From the NCBI GenBank assembly GCA_018821365.1, contig JAHJML010000129.1, positions 1 to 55,592 on the forward strand: 55,592 nt of DNA, in the 5' to 3' direction. A program made the position numbers and the translations under genes. The notes under the pieces were generated by a model that did no database searches, was not told where the DNA came from, and saw nothing but the letters and a program-made list of their open reading frames with translations. Positions 1-7,721 of this stretch are shown in pieces. The DNA comes from Actinomycetota bacterium. GTDB lineage: Bacteria > Actinomycetota > Acidimicrobiia > Spongiisociales > UBA11373. Numbering within the stretch: the first letter of the stretch is position 1; the number at the start of each line of letters is the position of its first letter.

Positions 1-1
1 A

Positions 2-325
2 GCCGCCGCAGCGGCCGCCGGTTGGAAACCGGGCGCCGGGGTAGAGCCGTGGCGGCCGCTCGTGCAGAAGCACTTTCCGGCCGAGATGGTCGATGACGCG
101 CTGTCGGTCATGGACTGCGAGAGCGGGGGAGATCCGCTGTCCCTCAATCGGTACTCGGCGGCCTCGGGCTTGTTCCAGCACCTGCCCTACTACTGGCCGT
201 CCCGGGCCAAGGCGGCCGGTTGGGAAGGGGCCGACATCTTCAATCCGGAGGCCAACATCGCCGTGTCCGCCTGGCTGGTGCGCCAGTCGGGCGGCAGTTG
301 GAGCCACTGGTCCTGCAAGCCCTGA
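2..325 (+). CDS. Lysozyme-like / lytic transglycosylase-domain protein, C-terminal part (5' end outside window)
   Basis: The frame is open from nt 2, with no stop before the listed ORF 62..325. The motif MDCESGGDP...SGLFQH...YW resembles the transglycosylase-like catalytic core. Stop at 323-325. Confidence 0.6.
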   Translation, partial: AAAAAAGWKPGAGVEPWRPLVQKHFPAEMVDDALSVMDCESGGDPLSLNRYSAASGLFQHLPYYWPSRAKAAGWEGADIFNPEANIAVSAWLVRQSGGSWSHWSCKP

Positions 326-358
326 CCGGCGCCTCCCGCCACCGAGGTCCGGCCCCCG

Positions 359-817
359 TCAGGAGATCGCCTGTTCGACCCGCTCGGCGTGGTCCTTGGC
401 TCTGACATTGCGCCAAGCCTGTTCGATGGTGCCGTCTGGGCCGATCACGAAGGTCGAGCGGATCAGACCCTGGTACTCCTTGCCGTAGTTGGTCTTGGTG
501 CCCCATGCCCCGTAGGCGGCGGCCACGACGTGGTCGGGATCGGACAACAGCGGGAAGGGAAGGTCGTGCTCGGCGCGAAAGCGGGCAAGGGTCGGGGGGT
601 CGTCGGGGCTGATGCCGACGATGTGGTATCCCCGCTCCCGGAAGCCCTGGTAGCGGTCCCTGAAGTCGCAGGACTCCCCGGTGCACCCGGGGGTGAACGC
701 CTTCGGGTAGAAGTAGACCACCAGGCGCTCGCCTGCGAAGTCCTGCCTGCTCACCGGAGACCCGCTGTCGTCGGCGAGCGCGAACTCGGGGGCCGCATCG
801 CCGATTTCGACCGTCAT
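359..817 (-). CDS. bcp: Peroxiredoxin, Bcp/PrxQ type (thiol peroxidase)
   Basis: This is the C-terminal 152 aa of ORF 359..1627, starting MTVEIGDAAPEF (ATG at 815-817). It carries the motif YFYPKAFTPGCTGESC (peroxidatic plus resolving Cys, CxxxxC). The upstream part of the long ORF has no protein-like character. Confidence 0.9.
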   Translation of the reverse strand: MTVEIGDAAPEFALADDSGSPVSRQDFAGERLVVYFYPKAFTPGCTGESCDFRDRYQGFRERGYHIVGISPDDPPTLARFRAEHDLPFPLLSDPDHVVAAAYGAWGTKTNYGKEYQGLIRSTFVIGPDGTIEQAWRNVRAKDHAERVEQAIS

Positions 818-946
818 CGTGTGCTCCTCATCCGCCGTGGAGGGGGCAGGATACCGCCACCCTCCCGGGAACCGGCGTGGGTCCCCGACCGTCGAAGCGG
901 CATGGGAATCGAAGCCCCCACGAGTTGGGGGAAAGGAGAAGGAGCG

Positions 947-1360
947 ATGAAGCGAACCATCATCGCAACGGTGCTGGCGGGCTTGCTGCTCGGAGCCTGC
1001 GGTGGTGATGAACCGACCGACGACGAGTCCGGCCTGGCCAATCCGGCCTCGGTGTACTGCGTGGAGCAGGGCGGCACGGTGGACATGCGTGAGGGAGACG
1101 GCGGCACCTACGGGGTGTGCGTCTTCCCCGATGGGTCGGAGTGCGACGAGTGGGCCTTCTACCGGGGTGAGTGCGAGCCGGGCGCCGGCGCCGATCAGGC
1201 CGGCCTGGCCAATCCCGCTTCGGTGTTCTGCGTGGAGCAGGGCGGCACGGTGGACATGCGTGAGGGTGACGGCGGCACCTACGGGGTGTGCGTCTTCCCC
1301 GATTCGTCGGAGTGCGACGAGTGGGCCTTCTTCCGAGGTGAGTGCGAGCCGGGCGCCTAG
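947..1360 (+). CDS. Lipoprotein with two tandem DUF333 (putative hemolysin-like, Cys-rich) domains
   Basis: ATG at 947 is preceded by GAAAGGAGAAGGAG. The signal peptide has the lipobox LLLGAC. The module GLANPASV(Y/F)CVEQGGTVDMREGDGGTYGVCVFPD(G/S)SECDEWAF(Y/F)RGECEPGA occurs twice. Confidence 0.8.
   Translation: MKRTIIATVLAGLLLGACGGDEPTDDESGLANPASVYCVEQGGTVDMREGDGGTYGVCVFPDGSECDEWAFYRGECEPGAGADQAGLANPASVFCVEQGGTVDMREGDGGTYGVCVFPDSSECDEWAFFRGECEPGA
1031..1357 (+). repeat. Intragenic tandem duplication, two ~156-nt units with 171-nt period (1031-1186 and 1202-1357)
   Basis: The DNA units are near-identical and encode 52-aa modules that differ at only 3 residues. Confidence 0.85.
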
Positions 1361-2388
1361 CCCGGCTTCGCCTCCTTGCGGGCCCGGAGTTGTCCGCAGG
1401 CGGCATCGATGCCCTGGCCGCGGGTATCCCTGAGGGTGACGTTGGCGCCTGCGGCGACCACCCGCGATACGAACTCGTCGACACGCTGCTTGGTGGGGGG
1501 CCGCTCCGCCGACAGGGGAGTGGGGTTGAGGGCGATCACGTTGACGTGGGCTCGCAACTCGGCGGCGATGGAGGCGAGCGCTCTCGCCTGATCGGGTGTG
1601 TCGTTGACTCCCTGCATCAGGGTCCACTCGATCGTCACCCTTCTTCCCTTGGTGCGCTGGAAGGCGGCGGCTGCATCGATCAGGTCGTCGATCGGGTAAC
1701 GGCGGTTGAGGGGGACGAGGCGCTGGCGCAGATCGTCGTCGGCGGCGTGCAGGCTCAATGCCAGGGTGACCGGCCAGGGTTCGTCGGCGAGCTTGAGCAT
1801 CCCGGGGAGGAAACCCACGGTGGACACGGTGATGGAGCGGGCCGACATGTCCATGACATCGACCATGCGGCGGATCGCCTCACGGACCGGGCCGTAGTTG
1901 GCCAGCGGTTCGCCCATCCCCATGAAGACCACGTTGCCGAGCCGTTGCGGCGAACCGGGCATCGGGTGATCTCGCAGGTGAGCCTTGGCGTAGGCGACCT
2001 GGGCAATGATCTCGCCCGCCGACAGATGCCGTTCGAAACCGAACTGCCCGGTGGCGCAGAACGTGCAGCCCATGGCGCACCCCACCTGGCTGGAGATGCA
2101 GAGCGTCACCCGGGACGGGTATCCCATCAGCACCGCCTCGATGGCGGCACCGTCGGGCGCCCGGAACAGCCACTTGATGGTGCGCCCGCCGTCGGCCTCT
2201 TGCTGCTCCTCGACCGTGAACGGCCACAAGGGCGCCAGGCCGGCCCGCAGGGATGCGGGGAGGTTGGTCATCTCGTCGAGATCGAGCACCGGGGTCTGGT
2301 AGAGCCAGTGGCGGAGTTGGTCGGCCCGGTAGGAAGGTTGCCCGCCGAGCAGCGTCGCCAGGTCCTCCGGCGCGGTGAGATAGGGCAC
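1357..2388 (-). CDS. rlmN: 23S rRNA/tRNA (adenine-C2)-methyltransferase, radical SAM (RlmN)
   Basis: 343-aa ORF with the radical-SAM motif CAMGCTFCATG and an RlmN-like N terminus (ADQLRHWLY). The whole ORF is used. Confidence 0.9.
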   Translation of the reverse strand: MPYLTAPEDLATLLGGQPSYRADQLRHWLYQTPVLDLDEMTNLPASLRAGLAPLWPFTVEEQQEADGGRTIKWLFRAPDGAAIEAVLMGYPSRVTLCISSQVGCAMGCTFCATGQFGFERHLSAGEIIAQVAYAKAHLRDHPMPGSPQRLGNVVFMGMGEPLANYGPVREAIRRMVDVMDMSARSITVSTVGFLPGMLKLADEPWPVTLALSLHAADDDLRQRLVPLNRRYPIDDLIDAAAAFQRTKGRRVTIEWTLMQGVNDTPDQARALASIAAELRAHVNVIALNPTPLSAERPPTKQRVDEFVSRVVAAGANVTLRDTRGQGIDAACGQLRARKEAKPG

Positions 2389-2393
2389 CGGGC

Positions 2394-2855
2394 TCAGGCG
2401 CGGCGGCGCCGGGCGGCGTCGATCCAGGCCTGAATGCGGGAGACCGGGGCTCCGATCCTCTCGGAGATCCCGGTGGCGTCGGCGCCGGCCAGTGCGGCGA
2501 AGCTGGTGATGCCTGCCTCGGCGAGGCGGGATTTGTAGACCGGCCCGATGCCCTCGATCTCCGACAGGTCGTCCCCGGCGGCCGGCCGTGCCGCCGGCTT
2601 GGGTGCCGGTTTCGGTGCGGACTTGGGTGCGGGTTTGGCTGCGGGTTTGGCTGCGGGTTTCGGTGCGGGTTTGGCTGCGGGCTTCGCCGCCGGTTTGGGC
2701 GCCGCCGCCGGGGCCGGGGCGGGACGGGGCGCGGCGACGGATGCCGGCGGGACGGGGGCGGGGCCGGTGATCCGGTCCTTGACGATCCAGGCCACCGTGA
2801 GGATGGCGCCGACGACGGCTGCTGCGATGGTGCCGAGGCGCATGGAACGGTTCAT
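2394..2855 (-). CDS. Membrane-anchored Pro/Ala/Lys-rich protein with C-terminal helix-hairpin-helix-like domain
   Basis: 153 aa with one N-terminal TM helix (aa 8-25), a PAAKPA low-complexity linker, and a C terminus LSEIEGIGPVYKSRLAEAGITSF typical of HhH/DUF4332-type modules. It lies 5 nt upstream of rlmN on the same strand. Confidence 0.6.
   Translation of the reverse strand: MNRSMRLGTIAAAVVGAILTVAWIVKDRITGPAPVPPASVAAPRPAPAPAAAPKPAAKPAAKPAPKPAAKPAAKPAPKSAPKPAPKPAARPAAGDDLSEIEGIGPVYKSRLAEAGITSFAALAGADATGISERIGAPVSRIQAWIDAARRRRA
2574..2765 (-). repeat. Coding low-complexity tandem repeat (KPAA/KPAP units)
   Basis: Repeated GGTTTGGCTGCGGGTTT-type units are visible at about 2589-2699. They translate to PKPAAKPAAKPAPKPAAKPAAKPAPK. 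Confidence 0.8.
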
Positions 2856-2913
2856 GAGTCCTCCAGGGGATGCGGGTCCGATTCTACCGACGTGGGCCTT
2901 CTGTCAGGGTGCG

Positions 2914-4494
2914 TCAGGACACCTCGGCCGTTGCCGTGGTGACCCGGGGGTCGGCGGCCGCCGTCAGGCCCCCCGCACCGGATGCGATGATCGAGACCGG
3001 TCCCCACCCGGGCGGGTAGTCGGGGTGCCGCTCCACGGTGTGCCCGCGCTGCTCCAAACCGGACACGATGGCGTCGGAGACCCTGGCCTCGAACCGGATG
3101 AGGGACGAGACCCCCGCTTCGGCGTGCTCCATCTCCCACCTCGGCATGGCCTGGGCATCGGCCGGATCCAGGCCGGCATGGAACAGAAGGGCCGCCACTT
3201 GCAGCAGATACTGGGGTTGCTGGTGTCCGCCCCTGGTGCCGAGCAGCAATCGGAGACGCCCCGAGTCGGACCACAGGGTGGGGGAGAGGGTGTGGAGCGG
3301 CCGCTTGCCTGCGGCCGCCCGGTTGGGGTGCCCGGCCGTGAGGGTGAACCCCGCCCCACGATTGTGGAGCCACACTCCGGTGCCGCCCGCCGAGATGCCC
3401 GTCCCGATGCCGTGGAAGTTGGACTGGATCATCGAGACGCCCATGCCGGCGGCATCGGCGGTGCAGAAGTAGGCGGTCCCGCCGCGGGCCGGCGCCGGTG
3501 CCGGCCACAGCTGGGCTCGGCCGGTGCGGAGGCGATCGAGGCGGCCGCCCAGGCGATTCGGATCGAGCAGGAGATCGGGGGGCAGCGGAGCGAAGCGCGG
3601 ATCGGCCACCAGGTCGTCTCGCTCCCAGGCGACTGCCCGGTAGCACTCCACGACCGCGTGGTGGAAGGCGGGGTCGTCGGGGTCGGTGCCGACGCCGAGT
3701 TGTTCGAAGAGCCAGGCGGCCGCCAGCGTGAGATACCCCTGGCTGTTGGGGGGCACGGTCCACGCCCTGGTGCCGAAGACGTCGATGCCGATCGGCTCCA
3801 CCCAATCCGGGCGGTTCGCAGCGAGATCGGCCCCGGTGACGATGCCTCCTGTTGACTGCTCGATCGCCTCCGCCACCCTGCCTTCGTAGAAGGCGGATCT
3901 CCCATGGAGGGCGATCGATTCCAGGGTGGCTGCCAGCAGGGGGCGGAAGATGGTCGTTCCCGCCGCAGGTGGCATGCCATCGGGGTAGAGCGGAGCCGCC
4001 GATGGCTGGTCCGAGATGCGCTGCTCGAGTCGGCCGAGGGCGGCCGCCAACTCGACCGAGACGGCGAAGCCGTCGCGAGCCAGTCGGATGGCGGGTTCCA
4101 GGAGTTCGGCGAGCGGCCGGGTGCCGAACCGCTCGGCAAGGGCCTCCCATCCGTCGACACAGCCGGGGACCGTCACCGCCTCGGGCCCGTACAGGGGCAC
4201 GGCCGTGAGTCCGGCTGCAGCCATGGCGTCTGCGTCGAGGCCCGACCCCCCTCGCCCGGAGGCATTGAGGGCGGCCGGGGCGACGGCTCCCGGAGTGTGG
4301 ACCATGGAGAAGAGGTCGCCGCCGATGCCGCAGGTGGTGGGGAGCACCACCCCGAGGACCGCATTGGCGGCGATGGCTCCGTCGACGGCGTTGCCGCCGG
4401 CCGCCATGATGTCGATGGCGGCCCGGGTGGCCAGTGTGTGGGGCGTGACTGCCGCAGGGCCGGTGCCGCGGGCGTGGGAGACGATCGAAGTCAT
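2914..4494 (-). CDS. ggt: Gamma-glutamyltransferase family protein
   Basis: ORF 2914..4653 trimmed to MTSIVSHARG (ATG 4492-4494) so that it does not overlap the upstream gene. GGT-like motifs are present: MAAGGNAVDGAIAA, CGIGGD, GGTAYFCTAD (Thr nucleophile region), GKRPLHTLSPT. Confidence 0.85.
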   Translation of the reverse strand: MTSIVSHARGTGPAAVTPHTLATRAAIDIMAAGGNAVDGAIAANAVLGVVLPTTCGIGGDLFSMVHTPGAVAPAALNASGRGGSGLDADAMAAAGLTAVPLYGPEAVTVPGCVDGWEALAERFGTRPLAELLEPAIRLARDGFAVSVELAAALGRLEQRISDQPSAAPLYPDGMPPAAGTTIFRPLLAATLESIALHGRSAFYEGRVAEAIEQSTGGIVTGADLAANRPDWVEPIGIDVFGTRAWTVPPNSQGYLTLAAAWLFEQLGVGTDPDDPAFHHAVVECYRAVAWERDDLVADPRFAPLPPDLLLDPNRLGGRLDRLRTGRAQLWPAPAPARGGTAYFCTADAAGMGVSMIQSNFHGIGTGISAGGTGVWLHNRGAGFTLTAGHPNRAAAGKRPLHTLSPTLWSDSGRLRLLLGTRGGHQQPQYLLQVAALLFHAGLDPADAQAMPRWEMEHAEAGVSSLIRFEARVSDAIVSGLEQRGHTVERHPDYPPGWGPVSIIASGAGGLTAAADPRVTTATAEVS

Positions 4495-4546
4495 GGTTCT
4501 CCGGGTGTGGTGACCCGACGATACCGACGAGATCGCCGGAGCCTGC

Positions 4547-5161
4547 TCAGTCGGGTCTGCCGATGCGGCGGTTGAGGGCGTCGAGCACCGATCGGACGGC
4601 GGCCTCGCTGTCGTCGCCGTTGCTGAGCGCAGATCCAACGACGACATCCTCACCCTGGGAACCGGTGCTCACCACCACCGCCACGATGACCTTGCGCATG
4701 CCGATGCCGGGAGCGCCGATGGCGTCGAGGGCGAGTGCCTCGCCGCCGATGATGTTCTCGACGGCCCGCAGGGCCGCCTCGCCGATCAGGCGGAGCCGGG
4801 CGGAAGGGGCGGCCGGTCCGGTGGCGGTGCCGACGTACTCCTCGCCGTGCCACAGCAGCGTGACCACCACGGTGGTCCGGGAGCCTTCGGGGATCTCGTG
4901 GACTCCCATGATCGCCGGGCGGTCGTCGTCGGAGTGGATCTGCTCGGGTCCGATCTGGACGACGGACACGGCCCGCCGATCGATGTTGATCCCGAACCGG
5001 GCCAGCGCCAGGGTCTGCACGTCGCGGACGACCTGCTTGGCCGCCTTGTCGGGGGCGGCCAGCACGTGCACTTCCCTCACCGCGTTGCCTTCGGCCGCCA
5101 CTCGCACGGCGTTGATCGATGGCAGGCGTGCGAGGGTCTCCTCGAGTTCCCGTACGTCCAT
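4547..5161 (-). CDS. Hypothetical protein (two-domain, no family recognised)
   Basis: 204-aa ORF with coding-like composition, co-oriented and 52 nt upstream of ggt. I recognised no diagnostic motif. Confidence 0.55.
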   Translation of the reverse strand: MDVRELEETLARLPSINAVRVAAEGNAVREVHVLAAPDKAAKQVVRDVQTLALARFGINIDRRAVSVVQIGPEQIHSDDDRPAIMGVHEIPEGSRTTVVVTLLWHGEEYVGTATGPAAPSARLRLIGEAALRAVENIIGGEALALDAIGAPGIGMRKVIVAVVVSTGSQGEDVVVGSALSNGDDSEAAVRSVLDALNRRIGRPD

Positions 5162-5309
5162 ACTCTCTCCCAGCCGCTACATAGCGTAGTTGGTGTGGAC
5201 ACAGTCTGCAGCGAGGGCTCCGTACCTGTTCGAGCACGATCCGACGACGACGGTTGCCGTTTCCGCGGTGGGTAGTGTCTGAGCTTCGCGCCGGCGTCGA
5301 GGTGCTCCT

Positions 5310-6449
5310 TTGCTCGGGTTCGTGACAAAGCGGGTCTTGTGGTCGCTGGTCGTCCTGTTGCTGGTGGTGACGGTCGCCTTCTTTGCCGTCAACCTGCTGC
5401 TGCCCTACGACTTCGCCGTCGGCCTCGGGGGGCGGCGGCCCGCCATCGATGCGATCCGGGAGCAATTGGGCCTGGATCGAGCGCTGGTGATCCGGTGGCT
5501 CGACTACCTGTGGCACCTGATCCGGGGTGACCTGGGCCAGTCGTACTACGGGTTCGGAGTCACCAGGGCGATCTGGGACGTGCTGCCCGTCACCGTGATG
5601 ATCTTTGCGGTCGGCGGCATCATCGCCTACCTGGTCGGGGAGTGGTTTGGCAGGTGGGTGGCGTGGAGCCGCAACCGCTGGTTCCGGGGACTGAGCACCA
5701 CCAGCAGCGTGCTGATGTTCACCGCCTTCCCGCCCTGGCTGGTGTTCCTGTTGGTGTACTTCGGGAGCGAACGGCTCTTCCACCTCCGCTCCGAGTTGAG
5801 CCTCCCCCTCAGGTACTACGGACCGCCTCCCGAAGGACCGCTGATGACCTGGCTCGCCATCGGCCTGGTGACCGCACTGGTGACCGGCATCGTCCTGCGG
5901 GCCAGGGCCAGGCGCCGCGACCACCGGATCCTGGCGGCGGGGGCGATCCCGGCCTGCCTGGCCGCCCTGATGGTGCTGCTGGCCGCCTCCGGCGTCTTCA
6001 CCGATGCCCTCGACCTCGCCCTCTCGCCCAGTGGGTTCATGGCGACGGTGGCACTGACGATGATCGCCACCGGCGAGAACATGCTGGTGATGCGGGCGGG
6101 TGTGACCTCGGAGATGATGGAGGACTACGTCTTCACGGCCCAGGCCAAGGGAGTGCCCGGGCGGCTGATCCGGGATCGCCACATCGCCCCGAATGCGGTG
6201 GTGCCGACGATCTCCCGACTCGTCTCCAGCATGCCCTACCTGATCGCAGGCCTGATCATCATCGAGCGGGAGTTGAGCCTCCAGGGCGTGTCCAGCCTGT
6301 TCTTCGTCGCCATCGAGGCCGCCGACGTGCCCATGATCATCGGCATCCTGGTGGTGGTGGGGGTGGTGGGCCTGGTGCTGCGGATCGTCCTCGACTTCGT
6401 CCAGGCGAGCATCGACCCCAGGCTGCGGGTCGAAGGTGAATCGATATGA
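5310..6449 (+). CDS. ABC transporter permease, peptide/nickel (DppB/OppB-like) family
   Basis: The N terminus MLGFVTKRVLWSLVVLLLVVTVAFF and multiple TM segments match the binding-protein-dependent inner-membrane component. TTG start at 5310. Confidence 0.8.
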   Translation: MLGFVTKRVLWSLVVLLLVVTVAFFAVNLLLPYDFAVGLGGRRPAIDAIREQLGLDRALVIRWLDYLWHLIRGDLGQSYYGFGVTRAIWDVLPVTVMIFAVGGIIAYLVGEWFGRWVAWSRNRWFRGLSTTSSVLMFTAFPPWLVFLLVYFGSERLFHLRSELSLPLRYYGPPPEGPLMTWLAIGLVTALVTGIVLRARARRRDHRILAAGAIPACLAALMVLLAASGVFTDALDLALSPSGFMATVALTMIATGENMLVMRAGVTSEMMEDYVFTAQAKGVPGRLIRDRHIAPNAVVPTISRLVSSMPYLIAGLIIIERELSLQGVSSLFFVAIEAADVPMIIGILVVVGVVGLVLRIVLDFVQASIDPRLRVEGESI

Positions 6450-7363
6450 GCACCAGCACCCCGGAGTACAAGATCGAAGGCTGGGCCGACACCTGGGCCC
6501 GGGTGTTCCGCAGCAAGATGGTCATCGTCGGATTGATCATCCTGGGGTTCTTTGCGATCCTGACCTTCATCCACCCGGTGCTGCAGGCGACGATCTGGGC
6601 GGGCAAGCAGATGGTGTACCGGCCCGAGACCGGCCACGACCCGGCGATCTTCCATCCGTCGGGCCCCTCACTCGCCCACCTCCTGGGGACCGACCCGCTC
6701 GGGCGCGACGTGCTGAGCCTGATGACCTACGGGCTGCGCCCCACCTTCCTGGTGGCGATCGCCACCGCCCTCAGCGCCGGGCTGATCGGGATGGTGGTCG
6801 GGACGTCGGCTGCCTTCTTCAAGGGGAGGGGCGACCGGGTGCTGACCCACATGGCCGATGCCTTCGTGCTGCTCCCTCCGCCGCTCATCTTCCTGATCGC
6901 CAGCAAGCGGGGGTTGATGGGCCCCATCGAACTGGGGCTGCTCTACGGGTTGTTCTACGGACTGGGGCCGGCGACGATCGTGGTGAGGTCGCGCTCCCTG
7001 GCGGTCATGGAGAAGCTCTACATCGATGCGGCGCGGGTCTCGGGGGGCGGTCCGCGGTGGATCATCACCCACCACGTGATCCCCGATGTCATCCCCCATG
7101 TGGCGGCGGTGGTGCTGGCCGGGGGGGTCGGCGCCCTGGTGACCCAGGGCTTCATCGAGTTCCTCGGCATCGCCGAATACCGGTACGGGCTGGGGAACCT
7201 GGTCTACAACGCCCTCGTCTACCGCGGCGCCCTCGGCACCGGGGTTCCCTGGAGCACGCTGATGGCGGGGGCGTTGTCGATCTCGCTGCTGGCGTCCTCC
7301 TTCTACCTGATCAGCGCCGGACTGCGCGAGGTGGGAGACCCCAGACGCACCCGCCGGGCCTGA
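6446..7363 (+). CDS. ABC transporter permease, peptide/nickel (DppC/OppC-like) family
   Basis: Overlaps the previous gene by 4 nt. DppC-like features: HLLGTDPLGRDVLS motif and multiple TM segments. Confidence 0.8.
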   Translation: MSTSTPEYKIEGWADTWARVFRSKMVIVGLIILGFFAILTFIHPVLQATIWAGKQMVYRPETGHDPAIFHPSGPSLAHLLGTDPLGRDVLSLMTYGLRPTFLVAIATALSAGLIGMVVGTSAAFFKGRGDRVLTHMADAFVLLPPPLIFLIASKRGLMGPIELGLLYGLFYGLGPATIVVRSRSLAVMEKLYIDAARVSGGGPRWIITHHVIPDVIPHVAAVVLAGGVGALVTQGFIEFLGIAEYRYGLGNLVYNALVYRGALGTGVPWSTLMAGALSISLLASSFYLISAGLREVGDPRRTRRA

Positions 7364-7721
7364 TCCGTCACCGGTCGCCGCGTTCCCGCCGGAAATCAGT
7401 GGAAAGTGGCCCGAATCCTCGTACCCTGTCCCGTGGGTACGAGGTCGGCGGCCCAAACCCAAAGGTGAAGGCTGGCCCGCGACCTGCCGATGAGGCAGGG
7501 CAAGGACAGGACGACCCATTGGGTGGCCCGGATCCTGTACGGCTAGTCCCGAGTTCAGCGGAGCGAATGCCCGGGGTCGGATTAGAACCGGCGTCGAGTC
7601 TTGAACGAAGGGACGCGGTAGGCGATGAGGACGGTGCTTCGGCCCGAACGAATGCTTGCTTGCGAGTTATGAGCTGGAAGATCGGCTAGCCGGTCTGCAG
7701 GACGGGCCACCCGGTACCCGT
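7364..7721 (+). other. Unusually long GC-depressed intergenic region; candidate structured 5' leader or small RNA (family not identified)
   Basis: 358 nt with no convincing ORF. About 60% GC over 7561-7680 by hand count. Perfect 10-bp hairpin 7417-7426/7435-7444 and a 6-bp hairpin at 7483-7499. Direct repeat GTGGCCCGRATCCT at 7406 and 7523. Segment 7703-7712 is complementary to 7521-7530. Confidence 0.3.

Noticed and set aside
2574-2765. Short tandem DNA repeats that could be mistaken for a CRISPR or VNTR array.
   Set aside because: The units are about 12-15 nt with no spacers and lie in frame inside a coding region, encoding a PAAKPA linker. No cas genes are present. No CRISPR-like repeat-spacer structure was seen anywhere in the window.
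7364-7721. Possibility that the long intergenic region is RNase P RNA, tmRNA, SRP RNA or a known cyclic-dinucleotide riboswitch.
   Set aside because: By eye it lacks GAGGAAAGUCCGGGC / ACAGAAA (RNase P) and a tRNA-like GGUUCGAUUCC...CCA 3' end with a tag ORF ending in ALAA (tmRNA). It also lacks the SRP GGAA/AGCA loop motifs and the GEMM-I and ydaO consensus cores. Partial resemblances (GCCCGAAUCC, GGCUAGU, GGGACGCGGUAGGC) were too weak. It is kept only as an unclassified candidate.
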